From Acidimicrobiales bacterium (lineage in GTDB: Bacteria > Actinomycetota > Acidimicrobiia > Acidimicrobiales > Ilumatobacteraceae): 55,187 bases of DNA. A program made the translations under genes and the position numbers. Of this stretch, positions 10,308 to 18,314 are shown one piece after another. How positions within the stretch are numbered: the first letter of the stretch is position 1; every line of letters starts with the position of its first letter. Where the stretch lies: positions 1 to 55,187 of the forward strand of contig CANIBN010000001.1 of assembly GCA_947465505.1 (NCBI GenBank). Reading direction: 5' to 3'. Below the pieces are notes generated by a model that was not told the origin of the DNA, did not search any database, and was given only the letters and a program-made list of their open reading frames with translations.

Positions 10308-11509
10308 TTGATGACCCGCTTCTCCTTGAGTTCGATGATTCGGTCCCAGTCCATGCCCAGTTCCACCAGGATTTCCTCGGTGTGCTGGCCCACCTCGGGA
10401 ACGGGAAGTTTCGGCTCCACCGTGTAGTCGAGGAAGGTCACCGGGGTGGCGGGCATGTCTCGCACGGAGCCGTCCTGTTGCGGAACCGGCACGAAGCATC
10501 CCGCCAGCTGCGCCTGCAGGTCGTTCACCAGTTCGTCCACACGGTTCACCGGCGCCCACCAGACGCCCTCGGCGTCGAATCGCGCTGCCCACTCGTCTCG
10601 GGTGCGCGTGGCGAACAGCTCGTCGAGCTCGGCAACGAGCTCACGCGTGTGTTCGGCGCGGGTGAACGTGTCGACGTAGCGCGGGTCCTCTGCCCACTCC
10701 GGCTTGTCGAACGCACGCAGCATCACCGGCCAGAGGCGATCGGGCTCCACGCCGAGCAGCACGAACTGACGACCGTCCTTGGCCATGTAGTAGTTGGTGA
10801 TCGGATTTGCCGGGGCGAATCGGTCAGCCGCAACGGTCTCGAGGCCGAACTTGATCGCGCAGGCAAGGTCGAACGACATCATGTAGCTGCCGAGCCGGAT
10901 GAGCGCCGTGGTGAGCACCTGACCCTTGCCGGTGCGTTCACGCTGGAACAGCGCCGCAGAGATGCCGGCAGCCGCGGCGACACCGGTCATGTGATCGCCC
11001 ATTCCGCCGCGCTGGCTCGCCACGTGCTGACCCGGCAGCGCAAGCGATGCCGCCACGCCGGACCGGGACCAGAACATGCCGACGTCGAACCCCGGCCGGT
11101 TGACCTCCGGTCCCTCCAGGCCGAGGGCAGTGAGGCAGGCGTAGACGAGCCGCGGGAAGCGCTTGCTCAGCGTCTCGTGGTCGAGTCCGTTGCGCAGGAG
11201 TGCATCCCGACGCACGTTGGTGACGAACACATCCGCGTCGGCGAGGAGGTCCATCAGGATCGCCTTGCCCTCCTCGGTGGTGTAGTCGAGGGCGATGCCG
11301 CGCTTGCCGCGGTTGTCCACCTCGAAGGGTGGATTCTCTGCACGACCGATGGTCACCTCGAAGTAGGTGCGAAAGCCGCGGTACGGGTCGCCGGTGAGCG
11401 GTTCCACCTTGATGACGTCGGCACCCCAGTCGCTGAGGATCGCTGCGGCGGCAGGTGCGGCCACCCAGAACCCCATCTCGACAACCTTGATTCCCTCCAT
11501 CGGACCCAT
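10304..11509 (-). CDS. CaiB/BaiF family (type III) CoA-transferase
   Basis: Reads MGPMEGIKVVEMGFWVAAPAAAAILSDWGADVIKVEP...GPEVNRPGFDV...GGMGDHMTG. The ORF extends to a GTG at 11527; I chose the ATG at 11509 by analogy with the paralogue next door. Confidence 0.9.
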   Translation of the reverse strand: MGPMEGIKVVEMGFWVAAPAAAAILSDWGADVIKVEPLTGDPYRGFRTYFEVTIGRAENPPFEVDNRGKRGIALDYTTEEGKAILMDLLADADVFVTNVRRDALLRNGLDHETLSKRFPRLVYACLTALGLEGPEVNRPGFDVGMFWSRSGVAASLALPGQHVASQRGGMGDHMTGVAAAAGISAALFQRERTGKGQVLTTALIRLGSYMMSFDLACAIKFGLETVAADRFAPANPITNYYMAKDGRQFVLLGVEPDRLWPVMLRAFDKPEWAEDPRYVDTFTRAEHTRELVAELDELFATRTRDEWAARFDAEGVWWAPVNRVDELVNDLQAQLAGCFVPVPQQDGSVRDMPATPVTFLDYTVEPKLPVPEVGQHTEEILVELGMDWDRIIELKEKRVIN

Positions 11510-11528
11510 GTGTCGATGGTAGGGCACC

Positions 11529-12734
11529 TCAGTTCACGGCGCCGGAGTCCTTCAGGGCGATGATGCGGTCCCAGTCGTAACCAAGGTCGAGCAGCACTTC
11601 CTCGGTGTGCTGGCCGAACTCCGGGCTCGGGATGGAGGGCAGGTGCTGGCTGCCGAGGAAGGTGACCGGGGACGACGGCATCTCGACGATCGAACCGTCC
11701 TGCGCCGGCACCGGGACGAAACAGCCCGCAGCGCGCGCCTGCGGGTCGTCGACAAGGTCGTGCACCTTGTTCACCGGGGCCCACCACACGTCATGCTCGT
11801 CGAACACCGCAGCCCATTCGGACCGTGACTTGGTCGCAAGAATTGCGTCCAGTTCCCTCACGAGCTCGGCGGCGTTGGTGGCCCGCACGAAGGTGTCGTG
11901 GAACCTCGGGTCGCCAATGAGGTCTGCGCGCCCGAGCGCGCCCATGATCACGGGCCAGTGCCGGTCGCCCTCGAGCCCAAGCAGGTACACCCATCGCCCG
12001 TCGGCGCAGCGGTAGGACGAGATGAGCGGATTAGGCGGAGCAGCACGATCGATGGCCACGGTGGGGAACCCGAAGCGCATCGCCAGGTTGAGGTCCCACG
12101 ACATCATGTAACTGCCGACGCGGATGAGCGACGTCGTCACCACCCCTCCCCTGCCCGTGTTGGACCGCTCGAACAACGATGCTGCTACTCCGGCTGCCGC
12201 GGTGAGTCCGGTCATGTGATCGCCCATACCGCCGCGTTGGTACGGGATCGGCGTTCCCTCCGGCGCGAGCGACGCCGCAACGCCGGCACGGGACCAGAAC
12301 ATCCCCACGTCGTACGAAGCCCGATCGGCCTCTGCACCCTCGAGGCCGAGCCCGGTGATGCTCGCGTACACAAGTCGGGGGAACAGTTCAGTGAGCGTCT
12401 CATGATCGAGTCCGGCGCGGCGAAGCGCGCCCGGGCGGAGGTTCGTGACGAACACATCCGCACCCCCGATCAGGTCGAGCAACACCTGCTTGCCATCCTG
12501 GGTGGAGTAGTCGATACCGATGGACCGCTTGCCACGGTTGTCCATCTCGAAGGGCGGGTTCTCGGGCCGGCCGGTGAGCATCTCGAAGAAGGACCCCATG
12601 CCACGGAAGGGGTCCCCGGTGAGGGCCTCCACCTTCACCACCTCGGCTCCCCAGTCGGCAAGCACGCCGCCGCAAGCCGGCCCGGCCACCCAGATTCCCA
12701 GTTCAACGACCTTGATCCCCTGCATCGGCCCCAT
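11529..12734 (-). CDS. CaiB/BaiF family (type III) CoA-transferase, tandem paralogue
   Basis: Reads MGPMQGIKVVELGIWVAGPACGGVLADWGAEVVKVE... and is collinear with the preceding gene. The ORF's upstream extension to 12953 is Arg/His-rich junk that overlaps the lipoprotein gene. Confidence 0.9.
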   Translation of the reverse strand: MGPMQGIKVVELGIWVAGPACGGVLADWGAEVVKVEALTGDPFRGMGSFFEMLTGRPENPPFEMDNRGKRSIGIDYSTQDGKQVLLDLIGGADVFVTNLRPGALRRAGLDHETLTELFPRLVYASITGLGLEGAEADRASYDVGMFWSRAGVAASLAPEGTPIPYQRGGMGDHMTGLTAAAGVAASLFERSNTGRGGVVTTSLIRVGSYMMSWDLNLAMRFGFPTVAIDRAAPPNPLISSYRCADGRWVYLLGLEGDRHWPVIMGALGRADLIGDPRFHDTFVRATNAAELVRELDAILATKSRSEWAAVFDEHDVWWAPVNKVHDLVDDPQARAAGCFVPVPAQDGSIVEMPSSPVTFLGSQHLPSIPSPEFGQHTEEVLLDLGYDWDRIIALKDSGAVN

Positions 12735-12745
12735 GCTGCCGAATG

Positions 12746-14029
12746 TTACGCAGACGTCGTCGTGGTCGTGGTCGCTGCCTCCTGCGCGAGAAGTGCCTCG
12801 GTTGCGGTGATGAGCCCTGCCACGTAGATCCCGATGTTCTCCTCGCACGCCCCGGTGCACTCCGGGTTGCTGTCGAACAGATAGGTCACACCGCCGAGTT
12901 CCCACACGTACGCCATCGTCTCGATGTCCCAGTCGAGGTGCCGCACCCTCCACACCTTCACGGTGCTGATGGTCTCGGTGGTCACCTCGAGTCGGTCTTC
13001 ATTCGACGCGACGGACTTGACCAATGCAGCAACGAAGGCCTTGATGGTCTTCGGGTTCTTCTTGAGGGAGTTGCGCAGCTCGAGCAGTTGGAGCAGGCCG
13101 AGGTTCGCCGTGTAGTCAGATGCTGCGAGGTCGCCACCGTGCACGACGTAGTGGAGCGAACCCCGTTCAAGGAACGGCACTCCCTTGAACGCTGCGTAGA
13201 ACCACACGGAGTACTCGTAGGCGGCGTCGACATACAGGAAGTCCTCGATGGGAACGAGTCGAGCAGCAAGCGAGAGATCCTCTGCCGCCAGACTCTTGTT
13301 GCCCGGCGGCGTCTTTACGGTCGCGGCCGGGATCGGCAGGCCCTGCAACTGGCTCACGTAGGCCGCGATGAAGTCCGTCGGGTAGGCCTCGTTGCCCGTG
13401 TAGGTGAGGTCCCACACCGTGTAGACGATCCCCGACTGAGTCCACATCCACAGCTGGAAGCCATCGCCAAGGACGTCGTACACGGTGATCGCGCCGATCG
13501 TCGAGGTACTCGTCGCGGTGAACGATGGGTCGAAGGTGTGCAGCTTCACGACGATGTCGACGAGGTCGCCGACGTTTGCAGCGGACCCGGCATCCCGCAG
13601 TGAGTACATCTGGAACATGGCGACGAGGTGACGCTGCTTGAGCACCATGTGTAGCGAGGTCGACGCGAACAGATCCTTGGCCTGCGGCACCCGGTTCAAG
13701 TCGTCTACCTGGAACTGGGCGTACGCCGGCGTGTAGTCGAAGTACTCGTAGCCCGGGACGGGCTTGAGGGACCGCGAGAGGAGGACTCCCTCGAGCTGTG
13801 TCTTTGGGGCGGTCGTGGTTGTCGAACTGGTCGTGGTGCTGCTCGTCGTCGTTGTCGACGAGGTCGTTGCGGCAGCAACGGTGGTCGTTGGGGCAGCAGT
13901 AGTGGCAGCGGCGGTAGTCGACGTAACCGCCGACCCGCTCCCACCGGAGCCACAGGCCCCCAAGAGGGCAGCCATCGCCACCCCAATCGACGCCCGTTGT
14001 CTTGCCTTCCACAGCCGGTTCAGTGCCAT
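12746..14029 (-). CDS. Lipoprotein of unknown function with a Thr/Ser-rich linker
   Basis: Internal start MALNRLWKARQRASIGVAMAALLGAC gives a signal peptide plus lipobox LLGAC. A TSTTAAATTAAPTTTVAAATTSSTTTTSSTTTSSTTTT linker follows, and the C-terminus has a TTTTTT tail. I recognised no family motif. Confidence 0.6.
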   Translation of the reverse strand: MALNRLWKARQRASIGVAMAALLGACGSGGSGSAVTSTTAAATTAAPTTTVAAATTSSTTTTSSTTTSSTTTTAPKTQLEGVLLSRSLKPVPGYEYFDYTPAYAQFQVDDLNRVPQAKDLFASTSLHMVLKQRHLVAMFQMYSLRDAGSAANVGDLVDIVVKLHTFDPSFTATSTSTIGAITVYDVLGDGFQLWMWTQSGIVYTVWDLTYTGNEAYPTDFIAAYVSQLQGLPIPAATVKTPPGNKSLAAEDLSLAARLVPIEDFLYVDAAYEYSVWFYAAFKGVPFLERGSLHYVVHGGDLAASDYTANLGLLQLLELRNSLKKNPKTIKAFVAALVKSVASNEDRLEVTTETISTVKVWRVRHLDWDIETMAYVWELGGVTYLFDSNPECTGACEENIGIYVAGLITATEALLAQEAATTTTTTSA

Positions 14030-14163
14030 GTGCGGAGGTTCGCCTTGTTCGGCGCTGGCGAGAAGGGACCTTGTTCCCGTTCCGCCGACCAAGGCATACC
14101 GACACAGGGCCGCGTGCCGCGGCCTGCGAGTTCGGCCAGAATGCTCGGGTGCTGTTCTTCCGG

Positions 14164-14955
14164 ATGAACACGTGGACACTCATCGCAGTGCTCGTAGCGA
14201 TGATCGGCGGGTCCTCTGCGATCGGCGTATTCGCCGGACGCCGCCTCCGCTCGCGCTCCGACTCCCTGCAAGGTCCACTCGGTGTCGTCCAGGGAACCCT
14301 GCTCGGACTCGTCGGCCTGCTGCTCGCCTTCGGGCTCACGATGGCGGTCGGGCGCTACGACGAACGCCGCGCGTTGGTGGTCCAGGAGGCCGACGACATC
14401 GGCACCGCGTACCTGCGAGCCCAGACGCTCGACGAACCGGCGCGCAGCACCTCGCTTGCGCTCTTCAAGCAGTATGCAGATGCTGCTGTTCGCCTGTCGC
14501 ACGAACCAACAGGCACCTCTGCGTTCGATGCAGCCCGCGCTGAACTCGCTCGCATTCAACAGCAGTTGTGGACGTCCGCAGGCCAGGCCCTTCGGGTTGA
14601 CCCGACCGGGAACGCCTCGCGGCTCTACGTCGAGGCGCTCAACCCCGTGTTCGATGTGCACACCGACCGCGTGTCGTCGCTGAGGAACCTTGTGCCAACG
14701 CCCGTGCTGCTCCTCGAGATCCTCGGCAGCGCAGTGGCACTGGCAGTCCTGGCTCTCTACCTCAGCATGATCGGCCGGGGACTCACCACCACCGTTGTCG
14801 CCGCCGCCATCGTGCTGTTCATCCTGTTCGTCTCCTTCGACCTCGACCGACCCGAGCGGGGATACATCCGAGTCCCCTCGACGCCGCTCGAGGACACCCG
14901 GGAACTCATGGACCTGCCACCTGCTGTCGCGGCACCGTCGCGAGCACAGGCATAA
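14164..14955 (+). CDS. DUF4239-like integral membrane protein
   Basis: Reads MNTWTLIAVLVAMIGGSSAIGVF..., with a second TM, a helical soluble region, two C-terminal TMs and FDLDRPERGYIRV. The family call is from memory of the DUF4239 pattern. Confidence 0.5.
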   Translation: MNTWTLIAVLVAMIGGSSAIGVFAGRRLRSRSDSLQGPLGVVQGTLLGLVGLLLAFGLTMAVGRYDERRALVVQEADDIGTAYLRAQTLDEPARSTSLALFKQYADAAVRLSHEPTGTSAFDAARAELARIQQQLWTSAGQALRVDPTGNASRLYVEALNPVFDVHTDRVSSLRNLVPTPVLLLEILGSAVALAVLALYLSMIGRGLTTTVVAAAIVLFILFVSFDLDRPERGYIRVPSTPLEDTRELMDLPPAVAAPSRAQA

Positions 14956-14983
14956 CCTGCACGGCATGGGGCGGAGGAACGTG

Positions 14984-15794
14984 ATGAGCGCAGGGATCAC
15001 GGTCGCCATGTGCGACTTCTGGCCCGGCGCAGAGCGGTATCCCCACCTGGTGGAGCCGTTCGTCACTCCGGACGACGAAGTGGTCAGCCGCAGCGCCGGG
15101 AACTGCACACTGGTACATCGACTGCCGTTACCGCCCGGAGGACAACCACCTGCGTTTCCCACCCTGGTGCGGTGCCGCAATGAATCACGCTGCGGCTTCG
15201 GTGCTCGACAGCCTCTCTGTGCCAGAGGCGCCCGACCGGAGGTTCTGCAACTTCATCTATTCCAACCCTCGCTGCTCGATGCGCAATGCGTTCTTTCAGG
15301 CGCTCAGCGTGCGGGACCACGACTCCTGGCAAACCTCCAAGCGAGCGGTGCTTGGCGACTACCGCTTCACCATCGCGTTCGAGAACGAGGAAGTTGTCGG
15401 ATACACCACCGAGAAGATGATCGATGCCTGGCTCGCCGACAGCGTGCCGATCTACTGGGGAAACCCTGCTGCGGACATCGAGTTCCCCGAGGGCTCATAC
15501 CTGTCCCTCTATGAGGCCGGCACGATGTCGCGACTCGTCGATCAGGTACTCGAGGCGCAACACAACCCCGAGCGCTACGCACAACTGCGCGCCGCCAACC
15601 CGTTCCGTACTGGACGTATGTCGCCACGTGTGGAGCAGTACCGTGCAGATCTGACTGCCTTTGGACAGCGGGTCCGCCAGGACGCTGTTGCCCACCGCGG
15701 CCGCTCGCGAACGAGCGTCGCACGACAAGCGGTCGCCATGGCGCGCGTTGCTCAGTCCGGGTTTCGACGACGGGTGAGCGCGTCCATTCGCTGA
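14984..15794 (+). pseudogene. Glycosyltransferase family 10 (alpha-1,3/4-fucosyltransferase-like), apparently disrupted by a frameshift/internal deletion near 15100-15120
   Basis: A GGAGGA Shine-Dalgarno precedes GTG/ATG 14981/14984, which opens MSAGITVAMCDFWPGAERYPHLVEPFVTPDDEVV (GT10 N-terminal pattern) in frame 2. The remainder, WYIDCRYRPEDNHLRFPPW...RRFCNFIYSNPRCSMRNAFFQAL...YRFTIAFENEEVVGYTTEKMIDAWLADSVPIYWGNP (the GT10 catalytic motif), is in frame 0. About 35 aa, including the usual TGEN segment, appear to be missing. Confidence 0.5.
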
Positions 15795-15881
15795 CTCGAT
15801 CCGTCTCGTGGACCTCGCTCGGGGAGGTGGCGCTCGGGCGCGTGGTAGAACACTCTTCTTCCCGACAGGAGGAGCACTGGG

Positions 15882-16724
15882 ATGAGACTGGCAACTGTGA
15901 GCGGACGCGCGACTGTCCTCGTGAATGGCGGGGGGATCGACGTCGAGCGGTCCTCGGACGGTCGTTTCTCGAGCAATACACAGTCGGTATACGAGCGCTG
16001 GGACGAGTTCCGGACCTTCGCTGCGTCGCTTGACCCCGCGCTCGCCGTACCGGTCGACGAGGCCACGCTCGGGTCACCCGTCCCGTTCCCCCGGCAGGTC
16101 TTCGCCATCGGGCTCAACTACCGGGCCCATGCCGAGGAGTCGGGGATGGAAGTCCCACGGATCCCTGCCACCTTCACCAAGTTCCCGGCGTGCCTCAGCG
16201 GCCCGTTCGACAGCGTCGAGCGGCCCGGCAAGACCATGGACTGGGAGGTCGAACTCGTCGCCGTCATCTCCAAGCGGGCGGACCGCGTCAGTGCAGCCGA
16301 TGCGTGGGGCTATATCGCCGGGCTGTCCGTTGGCCAGGACTTCTCGGAGCGCACCGTGCAGCGCGCTGCTGGCGCGCAGTTCTCGCTCGGAAAGTCGTTC
16401 CGCGGCTTTGGTCCCATCGGACCGTGGCTCGTGACACCCGACGAGTTCAGCGATCCGAGCAACCTCGAGATCGGCTGTCGGGTCAACGGTGTGCTGAAGC
16501 AGCAGTCACGCACCAACGACCTGATCTTCCCGATTCCGGCGATTGTCGAACAACTCTCGGCCATCCTGCCGCTGCTGCCGGGCGACGTCATCTTCACCGG
16601 CACACCTGCCGGTGTCGGCGCAGCGCGCAAGCCTCCGGAGTTCCTGCAGGAGGGTGACGTCGTCGAGTCCTGGATCGAGGGGATCGGCACAATCCGTAAC
16701 CGCGTCATCGCCCCGGCAGGCTGA
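15882..16724 (+). CDS. Fumarylacetoacetate hydrolase (FAH) family protein
   Basis: Contains VFAIGLNYRAHAEE, DWEVELVAVI and GDVIFTGTPAGVG. An AGGAGG Shine-Dalgarno lies upstream. Confidence 0.9.
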   Translation: MRLATVSGRATVLVNGGGIDVERSSDGRFSSNTQSVYERWDEFRTFAASLDPALAVPVDEATLGSPVPFPRQVFAIGLNYRAHAEESGMEVPRIPATFTKFPACLSGPFDSVERPGKTMDWEVELVAVISKRADRVSAADAWGYIAGLSVGQDFSERTVQRAAGAQFSLGKSFRGFGPIGPWLVTPDEFSDPSNLEIGCRVNGVLKQQSRTNDLIFPIPAIVEQLSAILPLLPGDVIFTGTPAGVGAARKPPEFLQEGDVVESWIEGIGTIRNRVIAPAG

Positions 16725-16726
16725 CC

Positions 16727-18268
16727 GTGAGCGCCACGCGCGTCACCCCCACACCGGCGCTTCGTACGGAAGTTGCCATTGTCGGGGCAGGCCCGACCGG
16801 CATCGTGCTTGCAATCCTCCTCGGGCAACTCGGCCATTCGGTGGTGGTTCTCGAACGTCAGCCCACCCCCTACCCATTGCCTCGCGCTGTTGCGGTCGAT
16901 TCCGAGATTGCACGTGTGCTGCAGGCCTGTGGCATCGGACCGGGGCTCCGGAGACACTCCGAACCCGCTGAGACCTACGAATGGCGCAATGCAACCGGAA
17001 CCACCCTGCTGAAGTTCGTCGGCAAGGGCGACGGACCGAGCGGATGGCCGCAGACGTTGATGGTCAACCAGCCACAACTCGAACAACTGCTCACCGAACG
17101 GCTCGCACAGCTCAACAACGTCACCGTGCTGCGAGGCCGGGACGTCGTGGGTATCGAAGAGACAGCCGGCGGCGTACGCGTTGCGTATCGAGACGCGTAC
17201 GAAGAGGTGCTCGAGGCCCGATACGTGGTGGGGTGCGACGGCGCCAACAGCGCCGTACGACTCATGCTCGACATCCCCTTCGAAGACCTCGGCTTCTTCT
17301 ACGACTGGCTCGTCGTCGACGTCATTCCGCATGAACAACGGGTGTACGACCCGATCAATCTGCAGATCTGCGACCCGAAACGTCCGACCACACTCGTGTC
17401 GGGCGGGCCTGGTCGGCGGCGCTGGGAGTTCATGCGACTCCCGCACGAGGATCCGGCTCTGCTCAGCGGCGCCGAGTCCGCATGGCGCCTCCTCGCTCCG
17501 TGGGACATCCACCCGGGCAACGCGACGCTCGAGCGGAGCGCGAACTACACCTTCCGCGCGCGTTGGGCAGAACGCTGGAGAGACGGGCGCGTGCTGCTTG
17601 CCGGCGATGCAGCGCACCAGATGCCACCCTTCGCAGGTCAGGGCATGTGTTCGGGCATCCGTGACGCCGCAAACCTCGCCTGGAAACTCGACCTCGTCCT
17701 CGAGGGCTTCGCCAAGGACGCTTTGCTCGACGCGTACGACGCCGAGCGCATGACCAACGTGAAGGCAGCCATCAATTTCTCGATCGAACTCGGAAAGGTG
17801 ATCTGCATTCCCGATGAGGCCGAGGCTGCAGCACGCGACGAACTCATGAGGGCGGCGCTCGACAGCGGACAACCGGGCACCACACCACCGATTCCCCGCA
17901 TGGAGGCGGGCATCGTTGATGGGTCTCCGTTGAGCGGAACGGTCTTCATCCAGGCCGCTGTCGGAGGCGCCGACTCGTCGCCCTTCGACGACGTATTCGG
18001 AGTCGGTTTCCGCCTCATCGCCTCATCGCCCGTTGCGCAGCGAATTGTTCCGTCGTTGCGCGAGTGGTTCGCCTTTCTTGGAGGCTCCATCGTTGAGTTC
18101 GGACCAGGTGGTAACGCCGAGGACACGGACGGCAAATACAGCCGTTGGTTCGAGAAGAACGGTGTCACGGCGGTGATCCAGCGCCCAGATTTCTACGTCT
18201 TCGGTACAGCCGCTGCGCCAATCGACGTGCCTGCGCTGCTCGAACGTCTGCGCTCACAACTGAACTAA
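16727..18268 (+). CDS. FAD-dependent aromatic-ring monooxygenase (MhpA / 3-hydroxyphenylpropionate hydroxylase-like)
   Basis: Contains VAIVGAGPTGIVLAILLGQLGHSVVVLER (GxGxxG), VGCDGANSAVR and LLAGDAAHQMPPFAGQGMCSGIRDAANLAWKL. It starts 3 nt after the FAH gene. Confidence 0.85.
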   Translation: MSATRVTPTPALRTEVAIVGAGPTGIVLAILLGQLGHSVVVLERQPTPYPLPRAVAVDSEIARVLQACGIGPGLRRHSEPAETYEWRNATGTTLLKFVGKGDGPSGWPQTLMVNQPQLEQLLTERLAQLNNVTVLRGRDVVGIEETAGGVRVAYRDAYEEVLEARYVVGCDGANSAVRLMLDIPFEDLGFFYDWLVVDVIPHEQRVYDPINLQICDPKRPTTLVSGGPGRRRWEFMRLPHEDPALLSGAESAWRLLAPWDIHPGNATLERSANYTFRARWAERWRDGRVLLAGDAAHQMPPFAGQGMCSGIRDAANLAWKLDLVLEGFAKDALLDAYDAERMTNVKAAINFSIELGKVICIPDEAEAAARDELMRAALDSGQPGTTPPIPRMEAGIVDGSPLSGTVFIQAAVGGADSSPFDDVFGVGFRLIASSPVAQRIVPSLREWFAFLGGSIVEFGPGGNAEDTDGKYSRWFEKNGVTAVIQRPDFYVFGTAAAPIDVPALLERLRSQLN

Positions 18269-18314
18269 CCGCCCGGTTCGCCGGCGAGTCGAGCGGTTTC
18301 AGTAGCCTCGTGCG

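Noticed and set aside
9275-11563. 762-aa + strand ORF spanning the LLM and CoA-transferase loci
   Set aside because: It runs out of frame with or antisense to two genes with strong family motifs, and it is Arg/His/Pro-rich. It is not credible as coding sequence.
13800-13930. ACC/ACG/TCG-rich low-complexity DNA that looks like a microsatellite
   Set aside because: It is in frame within the lipoprotein gene and encodes its Thr/Ser/Ala linker. The units are irregular, so it is not a true tandem DNA repeat.
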